NCBI GenBank assembly: GCA_951406725.2
Contig: OX597829.1
Span: 25,296,001-25,360,000, forward strand
Source of the DNA: Octopus vulgaris
Taxonomy: Eukaryota
Length of the DNA: 64,000 nucleotides
Direction: 5' to 3'
In this document: in pieces, positions 12,790-26,296 of the stretch
Layout: each line of letters begins with the position of its first letter
How positions within the stretch are numbered: position 1 is the first letter of the stretch
Program-made: the position numbers and the translations under genes
Notes under the pieces: model-generated
What the model was told of the DNA's origin: nothing
Database searches by the model: none
Seen by the model: only the letters and a program-made list of their open reading frames with translations

Positions 12790-13700
12790 CTTTGAACTAC
12801 CTTCTGCACCCCCACCGCGTGCCTCTCTTCAATGACCTCTTGGATTTCACAAAAACAATTCCACTAGAGATTTGTTCTCTTATATTAGTCACACACTTTA
12901 AGCTCTCTCATTCATAAGAAATTTGGTGAAAACAGCTGTGTTACTGTCAACACCAGTAAAACCTTCTGACATGTCCAGGCACATAAATCTATTGGCAAAA
13001 CTGCATCTCTTGTATTTTGGTTTGAAAGCTACTAAAGGAACTCTCCCTGACCCCATACTCTATCAAATGTGGTGCACTCCAAGGTTCAATTTTGTCTTAC
13101 ACACCTTTTCTCCTAAACATCATCTCCAGCAACACCCATTCTTATACATATGTTGCCACTTGCCATTCTTCCTTAACTGTCCATATCTCACCATCATCCA
13201 CATGTTACTTAGACATCTCTCAACAAACATATACTGACACCATGAAGAGAAATATTGAAAACACCTTTCATTGGTACCATATCGATGTTGTCTCCTATCA
13301 TATTAACAAAGATGCAATCACTGCACACATATCAAAGAAACACTTCTATACATAACGTACAGCTTGCCAAAGACAACATACAACTTCAATGCACACAGCC
13401 TCTACATTGTTACCCTCACTTTGGGTCTCACATTTATAACATAACAGAGACTATATCAAAAACACTGGCCCTCTTTAAGATCAGAAAATACTGGAGCTTC
13501 CACCTTACACGACAATTACTGAGCCTCTATAAAACTCAAGAAAGATCCACATTGAAGCACTGATCCCAAAGAAGCACTGATTCACAAAGAAGTACTGATC
13601 CACAATGGAATACTGATCTCATATCTGGAATAATGATGGCCTAAACATCCTAGACCAATATTCAAAGAAATACACCTAGTGATTAATATGAAAACGCTCA
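12790..13700 (+). mobile_element. Highly decayed CR1/L2/Jockey-group LINE ORF2 fragment
   Basis: LALFKIRKY..QLLSLYKTQERSTLKH matches the post-RT L..LYK..VRP.LEY motif; related to 15590-16130. Confidence 0.55.
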
Positions 13701-13727
13701 CTAACTTCCTGTCTACATAAACTTTGT

Positions 13728-13730
13728 CTC

Positions 13731-13762
<32 letters not shown>

Positions 13763-13820
13763 TCTACTACTACTGCTACTACCACCGCCGCCACCGCCAC
13801 TGCTACTGCTGCTGCCGCTG

Positions 13821-13899
<79 letters not shown>

Positions 13900-13900
13900 A
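13728..13900. repeat. Compound (CT)n,(CTG)n,(CTA)n microsatellite
   Basis: Directly visible. Confidence 0.95.
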
Positions 13901-14334
13901 GTGTCCTCTGCTTTTCAGAGTTGGCTGGTCCTGTGCCACTTCTACTCAGGCACTCCTAAATCATTTATATCGTCTCCTTTTTGTCACTCATATTATATCT
14001 ACTCTATCCCTGTCATTACACTGATCACTTCACCCAGTCTTTTCTTGCCATGCCCATGATCTTTCAGCTGTTCATTAATCATGTCAAACCCACCAGTCTT
14101 AGAGGAATTGGGCAAGGCCCAGCCCTTTCTGCAAATAAAACTGTTAGAAGACAATAAGTGTTCACCGTGACCCATCTATTGACATAACAACAATTGCTAA
14201 TACACAACTGAGTCTATATCTAGATTATCATTAATTGAAAATGTACAATGTCTGTTTAGAAACTGTATTATTTATTACTACTAACTAACTATTAAACAAT
14301 CAAAATGATAAATACTTTATAAACAAAAAGTTGA

Positions 14335-14362
<28 letters not shown>

Positions 14363-14367
<5 letters not shown>

Positions 14368-14594
14368 CTTTACTACCCACAGGGGGCTAAACACAGAGGG
14401 GACAAACAAGGACAGACAAAGGGATTAAGTCGACTACATCGAGCCCAGTGCGTAACTGGTACTTAATTTATCGACCCCGAAAGGATGAAAGGCAAAGTCG
14501 ACCTCGGCGGAATTTGAACTCGGAACGTAACGACAGACGAAATATGGCTACGAATTTCGCCCGGCGTGCTAACGTTTCTACCAGCTCGCCGCCT

Positions 14595-14595
<1 letters not shown>
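14363..14595 (-). mobile_element. SINE family C, full-length CpG-rich copy in (TA)n
   Basis: B-box-like GAGTTCAAATTCC on the minus strand; colinear with 60553-60774. Confidence 0.9.
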
Positions 14596-14636
<41 letters not shown>

Positions 14637-14637
<1 letters not shown>

Positions 14638-14990
14638 CATCATCGTTTAATGTCCGCTGTCCATGCTAGCATGGGTTGGATGATTTGACTGAGGTCTGGC
14701 GAACCAGATGGCTGCACCAGACTCCAATCTGATCTGGCAGAGTTTCTCCAGCTGGATGCCCTTCCTAACGCCAACCACTCCGAGAGTGTAGTGGATGCTT
14801 TTACATGCCACTGGCACAACGGCCACGCTCAAATGGTGCTTTTTATGTGCCACCTGCACAGGAGCCAGTCCAGCGGCACTGGCAACAACTTCACTTGAAT
14901 GTTTTTTCATGTGCCACCAGCACAAGTGCCAGTAAGGTGACGCAGGTAACAATCACACTCGAATGGTGCTTTTTATGTGCCACCGGCTCA
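14637..14990 (-). mobile_element. RTE 3'-end copy with diverged tandem modules
   Basis: (CAT)n tail plus four TTTTAYRTGCCAC-type modules. Confidence 0.85.
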
Positions 14991-15023
14991 TATGTATACA
15001 TATATGAAACAGTATATAGAGTT

Positions 15024-15348
15024 GAGACCCCCTTCAGTCATGACTGACCGTGGGATTGTACCTAGAAAGTTACCCTCCCAGGCACAAGTCCAAGCAAGGT
15101 TGTTTATGGAAGACCAGCAGTCGCCCATGCATACCGGCCTCCCCTCTTCATGCCACCAGTGTTATCCAAGGGAAAGGCAACAGCAGATACAGCTGTGACG
15201 TGGCAACTCATTTCTACAGCTGAGTGAACTGGAGCAACATGAAATAAAGTGTCTTGCTCAAGAACACAACATGCAGCCCGGTCCGGGAATCAAACTCACA
15301 ACCTCACGATCATAAGCCCTACGCTCTAACCACTGAGCCATGCACCTT

Positions 15349-15350
<2 letters not shown>
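15024..15350 (-). mobile_element. SINE family B (long variant)
   Basis: Reverse-complement homolog of 33035-33368 over its full length. Confidence 0.88.
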
Positions 15351-15407
<57 letters not shown>

Positions 15408-15589
15408 TCATATCACAGTGATATGATAGTTTTAAGGGTGAAAGAAAATTCTCTATGTGCTCTTTACCAATTCCACTACCCAAAGCTAAATGTTATAGGG
15501 TCAATACAACCATCATTGCTATTGCTATTGTCATTGTTGTCTGCAGTGCTGCTGTTGTCATCATCATCTTCGTCATGTTTTGGCCTATA

Positions 15590-16130
15590 TTTTCTCTGCA
15601 ATATGGGATGTGTAACTAGAGCCCTCACAGTCACTCGAATGGTTGTAAGCTTCACCACCATTGAGAGTATTTCCTGGCCAACACACATCCTAAAAATACC
15701 TAGAACTGCATCCCTAAGTTTGGCCCTTCTCTTCAGGGTCAGAAGATACTTCATCCTCCAACAATTATTGATACTCTACAAAGTTTATGTGGGACCCATT
15801 TCTGCTGCTCACATAGATATCTTAGACTGCATCCTGAAAAAGGGCCACTGAATTAAAGTCACTCACTGGTATACTTATGTCTCTACAGTTTCCACTCATT
15901 GCCTTTTCTATCAGTACTATAACAGTTTCTGCTCCACAGCTGGCTGGACTCATGTCACCACCACTCAAGCATTTCCGTTTCATCCATCTCTCCTCCTCTC
16001 ATCACCTTTACAATGCCCTACTTTCCAGGTCCTGTATTAATCACCCAGTCCTTCCTTACTAGAGAATCATCCTTCTGGGACTCTCTTCCTGCTCATGTCT
16101 TTGCTGTGGACGTTGACTTACAAAGGCTGT
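15590..16130 (+). mobile_element. Decayed CR1/L2/Jockey-group LINE fragment
   Basis: LALLFRVRRYFILQQLLILYKVYVGP and a downstream FWDSLPAHVF motif. Confidence 0.6.
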
Positions 16131-16271
16131 GCAGACTATTCATTCCACAAGACCCAGTATTTATAAAGAAAGATGAGTTGTTTGTACAGTTCTTGAATTT
16201 AGTTTCCTGACTGTTCATACTGTTAACTATTCTAATATAATTACATTGCTAATCAAAATCATTTACTTATT

Positions 16272-16455
16272 TCATCATCATCATCATCATTTAATGTCTG
16301 TTTTCCATGCTGGCACGGATTAGATGGTTTGCCTGGAACTGGCAAACCAGAGAGCTAAACCAGGTTCCAGTCTGATTTGGTTTGGTTTCTACAGCTGGAT
16401 GCCCTTCCTAATGCCAACCACTCCAGGAGTGTAATGGGTAATTTTATGGGCTTCC
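16272..16455 (-). mobile_element. RTE 3'-end copy
   Basis: (CAT)n tail and TTTCTACAGCTGGATGCCCTTCCTAATGCCAACCAC. Confidence 0.8.
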
Positions 16456-17626
16456 CAGTAGTTTGCAAGAGACAACAAAATTAAAAGCTTTATTGTCTGT
16501 TCTATGAGAGATAGGGAGTGGGGTGGCAAGCGGAATTAATGCAAAGAAAATAAAATATTCTGCACAGAATTAAAATGAAATATCAATGATGGATTCTGAA
16601 GTCATATTCTATGAGTTACTAATTCCTCATAACATTGTCAATCAGTGTTTTTTATTATTATTATTATTATTATTATAAGTGGGACCCATGGAAATTCCAC
16701 AGAATGAAAAAGATTAAGAGAAGCTATTTAAGAAAGAAAAAAATGATTTGCAATTTTATTTTTATTTTGTTAAGCTATTCCAGTCACAATAATATATTTA
16801 TATGATTTTAAAATTTCCCTCTGCTAAGCACTTTATATTTCTCTCTTTCTCTCTACCTCTTTAACAAACTTTTTAACCATGTAATTCCCCTCTTCATGCC
16901 TTTAACACTTCTCTCTTTCTCTTCACCTCTCACTTCAAATAACCACATGAGTGACAACATAATGCATCATCTGGCTATCTGCTTTCTCATTTATCTCAGA
17001 TTCTCTCCTCCTCTCTAACAAATGAAAGTGTAAAGTGTGAACAAACAGGTAGAAGAATAATATTATAAATTTAATTTAATAATAAAAAATACTTTTCCCT
17101 ATCAATACACCACCACCATAGTTTTCAGTAACAAAGCTCATTTCATTTTAGTCCAGTCTTTGTTTATATCTACTTTTTCTTGCTGTCAATGTATCCCTAC
17201 TCTGACAATACAAATGCTATCTGCCACTCTCTCTCTCTCTTAATGTATCTGCTGCCCTTGTCCATCTCTCTCTATCTGCCTTTCTTTAACCTCACTTCCT
17301 GAACATCAGCCTTTGCAAAATATTTTATCCTAAACATATCTCTTTCTCTTTACCTTTCCCTCCTCACCCTACAGCATATCATTAACACTACTCTTTTCTT
17401 CTTTACTCTCACTGTCTTTTTCTCTCACTCTTTGCTTCTCTCTTCAACTAGCTACATGATGCATTTGATCTTATACATCTTTTTCTACTTCTTCCTCACA
17501 TCTTTCTTCTCTACCCACACACCTCCCCTCTCTCTCTCTCACCTTTACTCCACCTCTCACTCACACCACCTTCACCTCTCTAACTAATTAAGGTATGACA
17601 GACAAACAAACAAGCAGATCATTATA

Positions 17627-17666
<40 letters not shown>

Positions 17667-17707
17667 TATTTTTATTATTATTATTATTTATTATTATTAT
17701 TATTATA

Positions 17708-17886
17708 AGGTGGTATGTCTTTAGCAAGTGAGACAAAATGTTTAGTAGCAGTTATATGGCTCTTTATATTTTGGGTTCAAATTCCACTGAGTTCAATTTT
17801 GCCATTCAACCTTTTGGGGTCAATAAAAATAAATGTACCAGTTGAAACTGAGGTCGATATAATTGACTTTCCCCCAAATTTGAAAC
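17708..17886 (+). mobile_element. SINE family C, decayed, between (TTA)n tracts
   Basis: GGGTTCAAATTCC..TTTTGGGGTCAATAAA core. Confidence 0.7.
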
Positions 17887-17906
17887 TATTATTATTATTA
17901 TTATCA

Positions 17907-17977
<71 letters not shown>

Positions 17978-17984
17978 GTGCTGG

Positions 17985-18620
17985 GTATAATGGAAAGTAT
18001 CAGCTGTGCATAACCAGTAGACTAAGATGACACTTGTGAAGAATTCTTGCATTCTAAGCAATGCTGATATTTGTAGGTGTTCTACCTTCACACTTGCACC
18101 AATCTTTTTCAGCCATGTTAGTAGTTGAGTGCTGATACTTCCATATGCACCAATTACTATTGGTATCATGTCTGCTCTCCTCATTAACCTTCGTCATAGT
18201 TGGTTACTTTTTCTTCTTCTTTCACATTGATCCTGTTATTACCAGAGCATGCTATGTCAATTATCATACACGTTCTTTCTTTTTTATTCACCACAACAAT
18301 ATCCGGTTTCTGATGTCTGGTCAAATGATTGAATTGGATCATTGCATATTCATGTTGTGCCAATTTCAGGCATTCACTAATGATGTGCCATACTGTTTCA
18401 CCCCTCTCGCCACACATTCTGCATTTGGCACTATTGGTAGTGTTGACTATTCTGTACTTCATATAGTTGGTCCTTAATGCTTGTTCGTGAGCTGCACATA
18501 TGAATGCTTCTATCTCTATATTCAGGTCACTCTTCCTCATCCATAGCCACCAGTCCTCTGTATCTGTCTTGGTGTTCACGTCTACTTGCAAACTGACCGT
18601 ACATTTTCTTTTCCTTCAAT
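17985..18620 (-). mobile_element. R4/Dong/NeSL-type (restriction-like endonuclease) non-LTR retrotransposon 3' fragment
   Basis: ORF 18184-18591: AAHEQALRTNY, CRMC..ETVWHIISEC (CCHC knuckle), KPDIVV..IIDIAC (PD..D nuclease); continues as IPIVIGAYG. Confidence 0.9.
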
Positions 18621-18627
18621 ACTGTTT

Positions 18628-18732
18628 CCCTCCTCCTCCTCCTTCTTCTTCTTCTTCTTCTTCTCCTCCTCCTCCTCGTCATCATCGTTGTCGTCGTCAT
18701 CGTCATCATCATCATCATCATCATCATCACCA

Positions 18733-18790
<58 letters not shown>
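18628..18790. repeat. Compound trinucleotide microsatellite (CCT/CTT/CAT/TTA)
   Basis: Directly visible. Confidence 0.97.
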
Positions 18791-20254
18791 GGCAGTGTGG
18801 GTTAGCTTGCTGGATGAAATGCATAGTGGCACTTTGCCTGTCTTAATATTCTGAGTTCAAATTCCTCCACAGTCAACAAAATTCACATTTATTTCTCTCT
18901 TTGTAAATTCATTATTTTCATTTCTAAAGCAATATTCACAACAAATTTAATTTCTGATACTGAAGCACAATCACAAAGAATATTAGGTCCAAACACTGTA
19001 TGGATAGTCAATATAAACATTGAAATCAAGAGTTCAAGGATTTCATACAATTCGTTTAAAGTCATAAATGGATTGAAATAGCTTTAGCTTAATGAGTCAT
19101 AATGATGTCAATGAAACTATGTACCAAGAACTTGCCATTAACTGTACGGTTCATCTCAAAATATCAAAACATGTTTTTAAAAGTGTATAAGAATGCTGTT
19201 AACAAAACCACTGTCATCACCACCACCACAATGACAACATTGATGACGACGACGACAACTACCCCTGCCGCCACCACCTTCGCCACCGTCGTCGTCGTCG
19301 TCATCATCATCACCATCATCATCAGAAGCAGCACCAGCAGAAGCTTTACCATTAGAGGCCAATTACTTATTCTCTGCATTTGCTGCCTCTGTATATTTTG
19401 TTCTGGCAATGCACACATGTATGTATGCATGAGCACACACAAGCACACTTACACACACACACTTAGGTATATGCATATATTCCTCAAGGAATCTTGAAAC
19501 AAATTCCTTCAACTGCCCAGAAGACGTACTTGAAGTGATTGACAGCTTCTGTAACTCAGATGGCCTAAAGAGCTGTGAAGCCCTATTAAGGAAGGGTGAA
19601 AAATATTCAAGAAATTGTTACTTCTGAAAGGGTTCTTTTCTTCAAGTGAAGGATGAATTATATTACACAGTAAAACGTTGCAAGGAAGAAAGTCGAAGGC
19701 TGTAAATGAAGAGAATGTTCAAATGCTGGTAAAAGAAAGAGAAACATGTTCCACAGGTTGAAGTACAGTGATTTGTTATGAACAGCAAAGTGCAAATGAG
19801 TTGAAAGAAAAACTGGGTGTGAGAGGAATTTGGTGTATTATGCAATAGAGATGTCATAAGAAGAAAACTCAATATCACATTTTGTATATACCCCTTTACC
19901 AAAGAGAGAGCATCTCCTTGCTGCCTCCTAAACTTTTTCTAGACTATCCTTACTTTGGCACTTATGTTTTTGGAACATTTCCTTCCACGGCTAATTAGGT
20001 CACTTTAGTAATAGAAGCTATCAACTACAAGTATTCAAAAGAAAGTATTTCACAGGTTTTCTCTTATTGCTAACTACTCCGGAGGATGTGCCATATATAA
20101 AGATCTCTCTTCACTGTCAATCTACTAGCAATCCCACTACACTTCTTGTATGCCTATAGTTTACAGTGGTTATATTATATTTAATTCCTACCTTCACCTT
20201 TTCAGCATTTCCAGCATAGCTGCTTTATTCTTTTGTCTTTTCTGGTTTTACACT

Positions 20255-20870
20255 TTTGATCTTACAATTCAAGGGTTTGCTTCAATGTTTGGAATTTCTT
20301 TCCTAATTGAACAGCTATGAGAACTAGGTCATCAGTAAACAGAAGTTCCCAATGACAGTTAGTTTTAAAGTCTTGTTATGGTTTGGAGAAGGAGGCTGAG
20401 TACTTAACACTGATGGTCACATTTTTACTTATTGACTTCCTTATTGAACTCATTGATAATTTTCTGTTGAAAGTATTTCTGTACATGACTTGCACTGCTC
20501 TCACAAACCATTGATCTGACTCTAGTTTTCTTTGTGACCACCACACTAAAGAGCACGATTCTTTGTCAAAGGCCTTCTCCATTTCAGCAAATACTACACA
20601 TAATGGTTTTTTCTTAGTAAAGAAATACTTCTAAAGTTCTCTCATTAGGAAGAAGACATTGGTGGTACTCTGTTCTGACACAAGCCTGTACTGTGCCTCA
20701 TCTAAGTTAATTCTCTTCTCAATTAATTGAGCTATTACTTTTTACTTTTATAATCTGGTTACTTTTATAACCTGAAGCAACTATAGAGGTATCAAACTGA
20801 TGAAATTTAATATCTCTGTAGTTGCTTCTTTCTACATTATATCCTTTGCTCATGTAAGGTTGATGATCAC
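20255..20870 (-). mobile_element. Decayed RTE RT fragment
   Basis: MEKAFD..SLVWWS.RKL...WFVRAVQVMYR homologous to ORF 47426-49333. Confidence 0.8.
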
Positions 20871-20874
20871 AGTC

Positions 20875-20911
<37 letters not shown>

Positions 20912-21044
20912 TCCTATACAACCTGATTTACTATCAAGTGATAGACACACGTCCTACTTCACCAAATACTTCCAGCATCTCTGATTTACCAGCTGTTTAC
21001 TCTCTCTTTATATCCTTAATGCTTTAGTATTCGTATTACTCTGT

Positions 21045-21508
21045 CAAATATAGTGCACTGTGTAGAGAAGTGCAGAGCAGACCCAGGAAGATGTGGGATG
21101 AAGTGGCAAGAAAGGAAGTTTGGATACTGGGCCTCACTGAGGAAATGACAAGAGACCAGGAGATGTGGCTGTTTGCTATACTTGGTAAGACATGTCAAGC
21201 TAAGTAAAATTATTGTCTTCCACACATACAGGCTTGTCCTTTTAGGTACCAGAGCCACTTAAAAAGCACCCATGCCAATGTTTTGTTAACACACCTGTAT
21301 CAGTGCTGCGTAGACACACCCATGCCGGTGGCATGTAAAAATGCATCCTGCACACACTGTAAAGTGGTTGGCATTAGGAAGGACAATCCAAAGAAACCAT
21401 ATAACAACAAACAACTTGAGTCTAAACAGCTCCCTGCTAGCTAGTTCTATGTCAGACTTTTTGACCTATGCCAGCATGGAAAGCAGATGTTAAATGATGA
21501 TGATGAGG
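21045..21508 (+). mobile_element. RTE ORF end plus 3' UTR with short tandem modules
   Basis: RPRKMWDEV codons, GGTTGGCATTAGGAAGG motif, ATG-repeat tail. Confidence 0.8.
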
Positions 21509-22222
21509 ATTTTTTAATTAATCATGCATTGTGTTGTAGCTTTGAGATTTTGATGATATGACTGTTTATTCTTAGAGTAACATTGTAGGGTAGGTGTGAC
21601 AGTCCAGATCTATCCAGTTTGAACATAAAACAAGGAGAACAGTTTTTGGCTGGATATGCCAGTTTAAATGCTAAAGGGTTAATCATGCTTTTGAGCATAT
21701 AGCTGCACATTTAAACGATTGCTCCTCCAATTGGGTCAAGTAACAGTGGACCCTCACTATAGTACGCATTCTCCTCGTTCAGCAATGTACCATTCTAAAA
21801 CCATTTTTCTTATCAAGGGCAATGAGAGGAAGTGCTCTGTTAACATTCTATAACCCAATAACATTTTGGCTTACAATAACACACTGCTCTGCAATCTGGA
21901 ACACCTCGCTCCTCTCATCTTTCCATGATGGAACATTGGAAAACATCCTATTTTTGCAACATCAATGAATTTTAATTCAATTTTCATTCAATTTTACTAT
22001 ATCAGAGACAATAAACTCTAGTCAGAGCATGTGACTGGTTGTAAGTCATATGCCACTGAAAATGTCCAAAAAGGCTGAAAGGTGCCTGGTGTTCTCACTA
22101 CCTGCTTCAGAGATGAATTTAGTGAATATAGTGGGTGAGAAGAAATATATACACACATACATACATGTATGTACATGTCTAAGTGTGTGTGTGTGTACAT
22201 ATGTATATGTGTGTGCTTGCGT

Positions 22223-22274
<52 letters not shown>

Positions 22275-22292
22275 CAGTTGATATATATCAAC

Positions 22293-22650
22293 TGATGGTG
22301 TTTACCTCCACACCAGGTCAAGTGGCAAACTATTTAGTCTGTCAAGGCTGAAAGCAAAATCCAAGATGTGCCAGTTACTCATCAGAGAAATGCCCGTTCA
22401 CAGACAATGTAGCACTGACAGAAGATGATGCAGCATCTTGTGGACAAACTCTCAAAGACCTGTCAGGAATTCTGCCTGACTATCAGTGTGAAGAAGACCC
22501 GAGTAATGGATCAAAGTGTCAAGCACACCCCCATCATCACCATCAACAACTACAAGTCCATCAATTTATCTATCTTGACTTTACCATCATTGATAACCTC
22601 TCCCTGGACCCTTGGACACTGAGATCAACAGGCAAATTGGATAAGCATCC
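22293..22650 (+). mobile_element. BovB-like RTE RT fragment (distinct family)
   Basis: Translates to DGVYLHTRSSGKLFSLSRLKAKSK and MQHLVDKLSKTCQEFCLTISVKKTRVM. Confidence 0.75.
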
Positions 22651-22739
22651 TCTACATTTATATATGTACACACACACACATGTATGTATATGTATATACA
22701 TATACATGTGTATATATACGTATATATGTGGGTGATATC

Positions 22740-23137
22740 ACTGTGTGATAAGAAGTTTGCTTCCCAACTATATAATTCTTGGTTCGGTCCCACTGCATGG
22801 TATCTTGGACAAGTGCCTTCTTCTATAGCCCTGGGCTGACCAAAGCCTTGTGAGTGGATTAGGCAACAGAAACTGAAAGGAGCCCATCATATATATGTGT
22901 GTGTGTGTGTGTGTGTGCATATGTGTGTGTTTGTATCTCTTTTTCTTGACATAGCATGATATAAGCAGTGCTGTTCATTTCCAATATTCAGCATGATCAT
23001 GTCTAGCCATGGGGGGAAAAAAATTACCTCGTTTGGAAACAGGTGAAGGTTGGCAACAAGGAAGGGCATCCAACTCAAATAAACTCTGTCCAACCCATGC
23101 AAGCAAAAGTGGATGTTAAATGATGATGATGATGATG
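22740..23137 (+). mobile_element. SINE A head fused to an RTE-type 3' tail variant
   Basis: Family A head 22740-22890; tail with GGAAGGGCATCC and (GAT)n, homologous to 49430-49680 (reverse). Confidence 0.65.
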
Positions 23138-23194
23138 CATCTGCATAATTCTTTGTTGATAAAGAATGTAGCATATATTCATATATATCAACTG

Positions 23195-23264
<70 letters not shown>

Positions 23265-23562
23265 ACACATGTATGTATGTGTGTATATATTTCTTCTCAC
23301 CAACTTTCTGATAATTCAAATTTTAAATTCACTGGTCAGGACCTTCAAGATACACAGATAGACAGACAGATGGATGGATGAGAGAGAGAGAGAATAGACT
23401 CTGGTAGAATTATTAGATAGCTCACTATCTATACAGATACACATATGCACACATATACGCAGTAAGAGAGAGACAAACAGACAAACAGATACCCAGTCAG
23501 AAAAAATGAGGAAAATAAATAATGAAAAATAAAAATGTTTAATGTATTGTAGACTTTAATCT

Positions 23563-23626
<64 letters not shown>

Positions 23627-24279
23627 ACTCTTTATATTATACTTTGTAATTATTTTTACAAGATTTGTTAATTAGATCATTGGTTAATAAGGATTATCAC
23701 TGCTAATAAATAATCCAAGTATTTACTTAAATCTCTACTTATTAACATAGAAAATTAATAATTATAATTTCTTGTTTCTTCAGTTCTGATGTTGTTGTTA
23801 AGAACTGCATGTGTGTGCATGCATGTATATGTGCATGTGTGTGTGTGCATGTGTGTGTGTGCATGTGTGTGTATGTGTGAGAGTGTGTATGCATTGTGTG
23901 ATGAATTTGTGTGTGTGTGTGTGTGTAAAAGTTTGTGCGTGTGGCATGTACTCTTGTGGTTAGTTGTTGGGTTCATGATCATAAAGTCATGAGTTCAAAT
24001 CTTGCATCAAATGGTGCAGTGTCTTCTTGTGCAAGTCATTTTGTTATGCATTGTTCCAGCGAAATCAGTTGAGACTAAATATTAGGCTAATGCTGGTGTG
24101 GTCCTCTCTCCTTCCTGTTTTCCAAACCTCTGGATGCTCCAACAGGTCAATGGCTGGGAAGGCCTAGATGTCTTTTGCTGGCTACAAAGATACCTAATAT
24201 AAATTAGTGAAAGTATGATACATTCAACCAAGTCATACTCACTTGTGAGTAAAGGCTATGGTTTAATATACATACATAT

Positions 24280-24797
24280 AGTGGTGGAAATTAGCTGCCC
24301 AGTGGATATTAACATAAGACTAAACATTGACAAACAAGAAAATACCTACATTGAACTACTGAGAAATCTGCAGTTACTCTACCTGCATTACAAGTTCAGG
24401 TTTTTACCTGTAATTATTGGGGTATTGGGATGTGTAACACACTGTTTAAATACCAATCTTGACAAATTAGACCTCCCAAAACCAGAAAGAGAAAACTGAT
24501 TCAAAGACTACAAATCCAAGCCATCACAGGGACTGTAAAAAATTGTACAACTTTCCAGTTTATCGTTTAAGTATACAGGTACATGTTTAGACATTCAACT
24601 ATATGCATGAGGATACAAACATAAAACAAAACATACAAATCTGCACATGCACTGAATCCAAAATACTGCACATATACGCACATGAATACACAAACACCCT
24701 GTTGTTGAAGTTGAAATTCCAACGAAGAAGCCTTGTATCTAGGTTAGAATCCAGCCCTTTCTCTATTGGCAAGAAATCTTGAAATAAAACTGAATAA
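24280..24797 (+). mobile_element. Second RLE-clade LINE 3' fragment with 3' UTR
   Basis: VVEISCPVDINI..YIELLRNLQLLY..PVIIGVLG nuclease C-terminal motif; followed by (TACA)n. Confidence 0.75.
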
Positions 24798-24800
24798 GGA

Positions 24801-24940
24801 CACATACATACATACATACATACATACATACATACATACATACATACATACATACATACATACATACATACATACATACATACATACATACATACATACA
24901 TACATACATACATACATACATACAAACAGACAGACAGACA
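24801..24940. repeat. (TACA)n microsatellite
   Basis: Directly visible. Confidence 0.98.
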
Positions 24941-25009
24941 TCTAAACACAAACACACACTCCCACACACTCCCCCACACTCTCACATACACATGCACAGA
25001 TATGCAGTT

Positions 25010-25050
<41 letters not shown>

Positions 25051-25713
25051 AATTGAGATAGGGGTTGTAAATGCAACCCTCCATAGGATAACATATATAC
25101 AGATATTTAATGCTTTGCATGGTACTGTAGTACTATTGTGGTCCTTAGTTTTGCTATTATATTGCTAATAATGGGATCTATATATTGTTTTGCTAGTATT
25201 AGTGTTATTAATAATAAGAATAATGATATTGGTAGCATTAGTGGTAATGATAATAGTAATGATGTTAACATTAATGACATTTTGTAAATTAATATAAATT
25301 AATATAATGGGCATCCAGCCGTAGAAACACTGCCAGATCTGACTGGGCCTGATGAAGCCTTCCGGCTTCACAGACCCCAGTTGAACTGTCCAACCCATGC
25401 TAGCATGGAAAACGGACGCTAAACGATGATGAGGATGATGATGATACTCTTGACTCTGTATATCTGCATTTGGGTATTAATATGTGTATGTTTTTTATAT
25501 TATAATATCACAATATTAAGTTGAAAATCTGTAACATTGAATATGGAACATATGTATGTTTATTGATTTATATTATTTATATTATCATGTATGTGTATAT
25601 GTATATGTATATGAGTATGAGTATATGCACTCATATGTATATGTATATGATTTATTATGGGTATGTACCCACACATATGTAAGTGTATATGTAATTTGGT
25701 TTGTATTTCATAA

Positions 25714-25838
25714 TCTCCGAAGAGGCCTTAGGATATTTTTGTAAATGTCTCATTTATAACTACATATTGACCTACCACACATGGCTAATATAAGTAAAAT
25801 GAGACATACTTATCTGCAGGGACGAAACAGCTGTAAGA
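25714..25838 (+). ncRNA. Type I hammerhead-like motif with long stem II (CCGAAGA core)
   Basis: UCU-CCGAAGA-[long hairpin]-GAAAC-AGCU-GUA-AGA. Confidence 0.55.
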
Positions 25839-26296
25839 CGTAGTTTATATTTATATTTATATTTATTTATATTTATTTATATTCTCTTATACATATTGTA
25901 CTTATTGTATCATATTACTCCTTTATGTACACTGTTTTGTCATATATTATTATGTTTGACCTTAAAGTTTCTTATGTAGTGGTTTAATAAAGTATGTGAT
26001 TGGGTATTATCTGGTAGTTGATATTTGATTTGGATGTATTTCTCCATTTTCTTAATTTGTATATATATATATATATGTATTTCTATGTATGTGTATATGC
26101 ATATATTTATGTATGCATATGAAAATTATAATTAGGGTGTCTTGTTTGAAATTTTAAAACACAAAAGGCAGAAATATATACATCATGAAAGTGGCTGAGT
26201 GCCCTAGTCAGTACCAGTATTGCTAGAAATAAGAACTGACTCTTATTTCTAGCAATACTGGTACTGACTAGTGCCCTCAGCCACTTTAGTGATATA

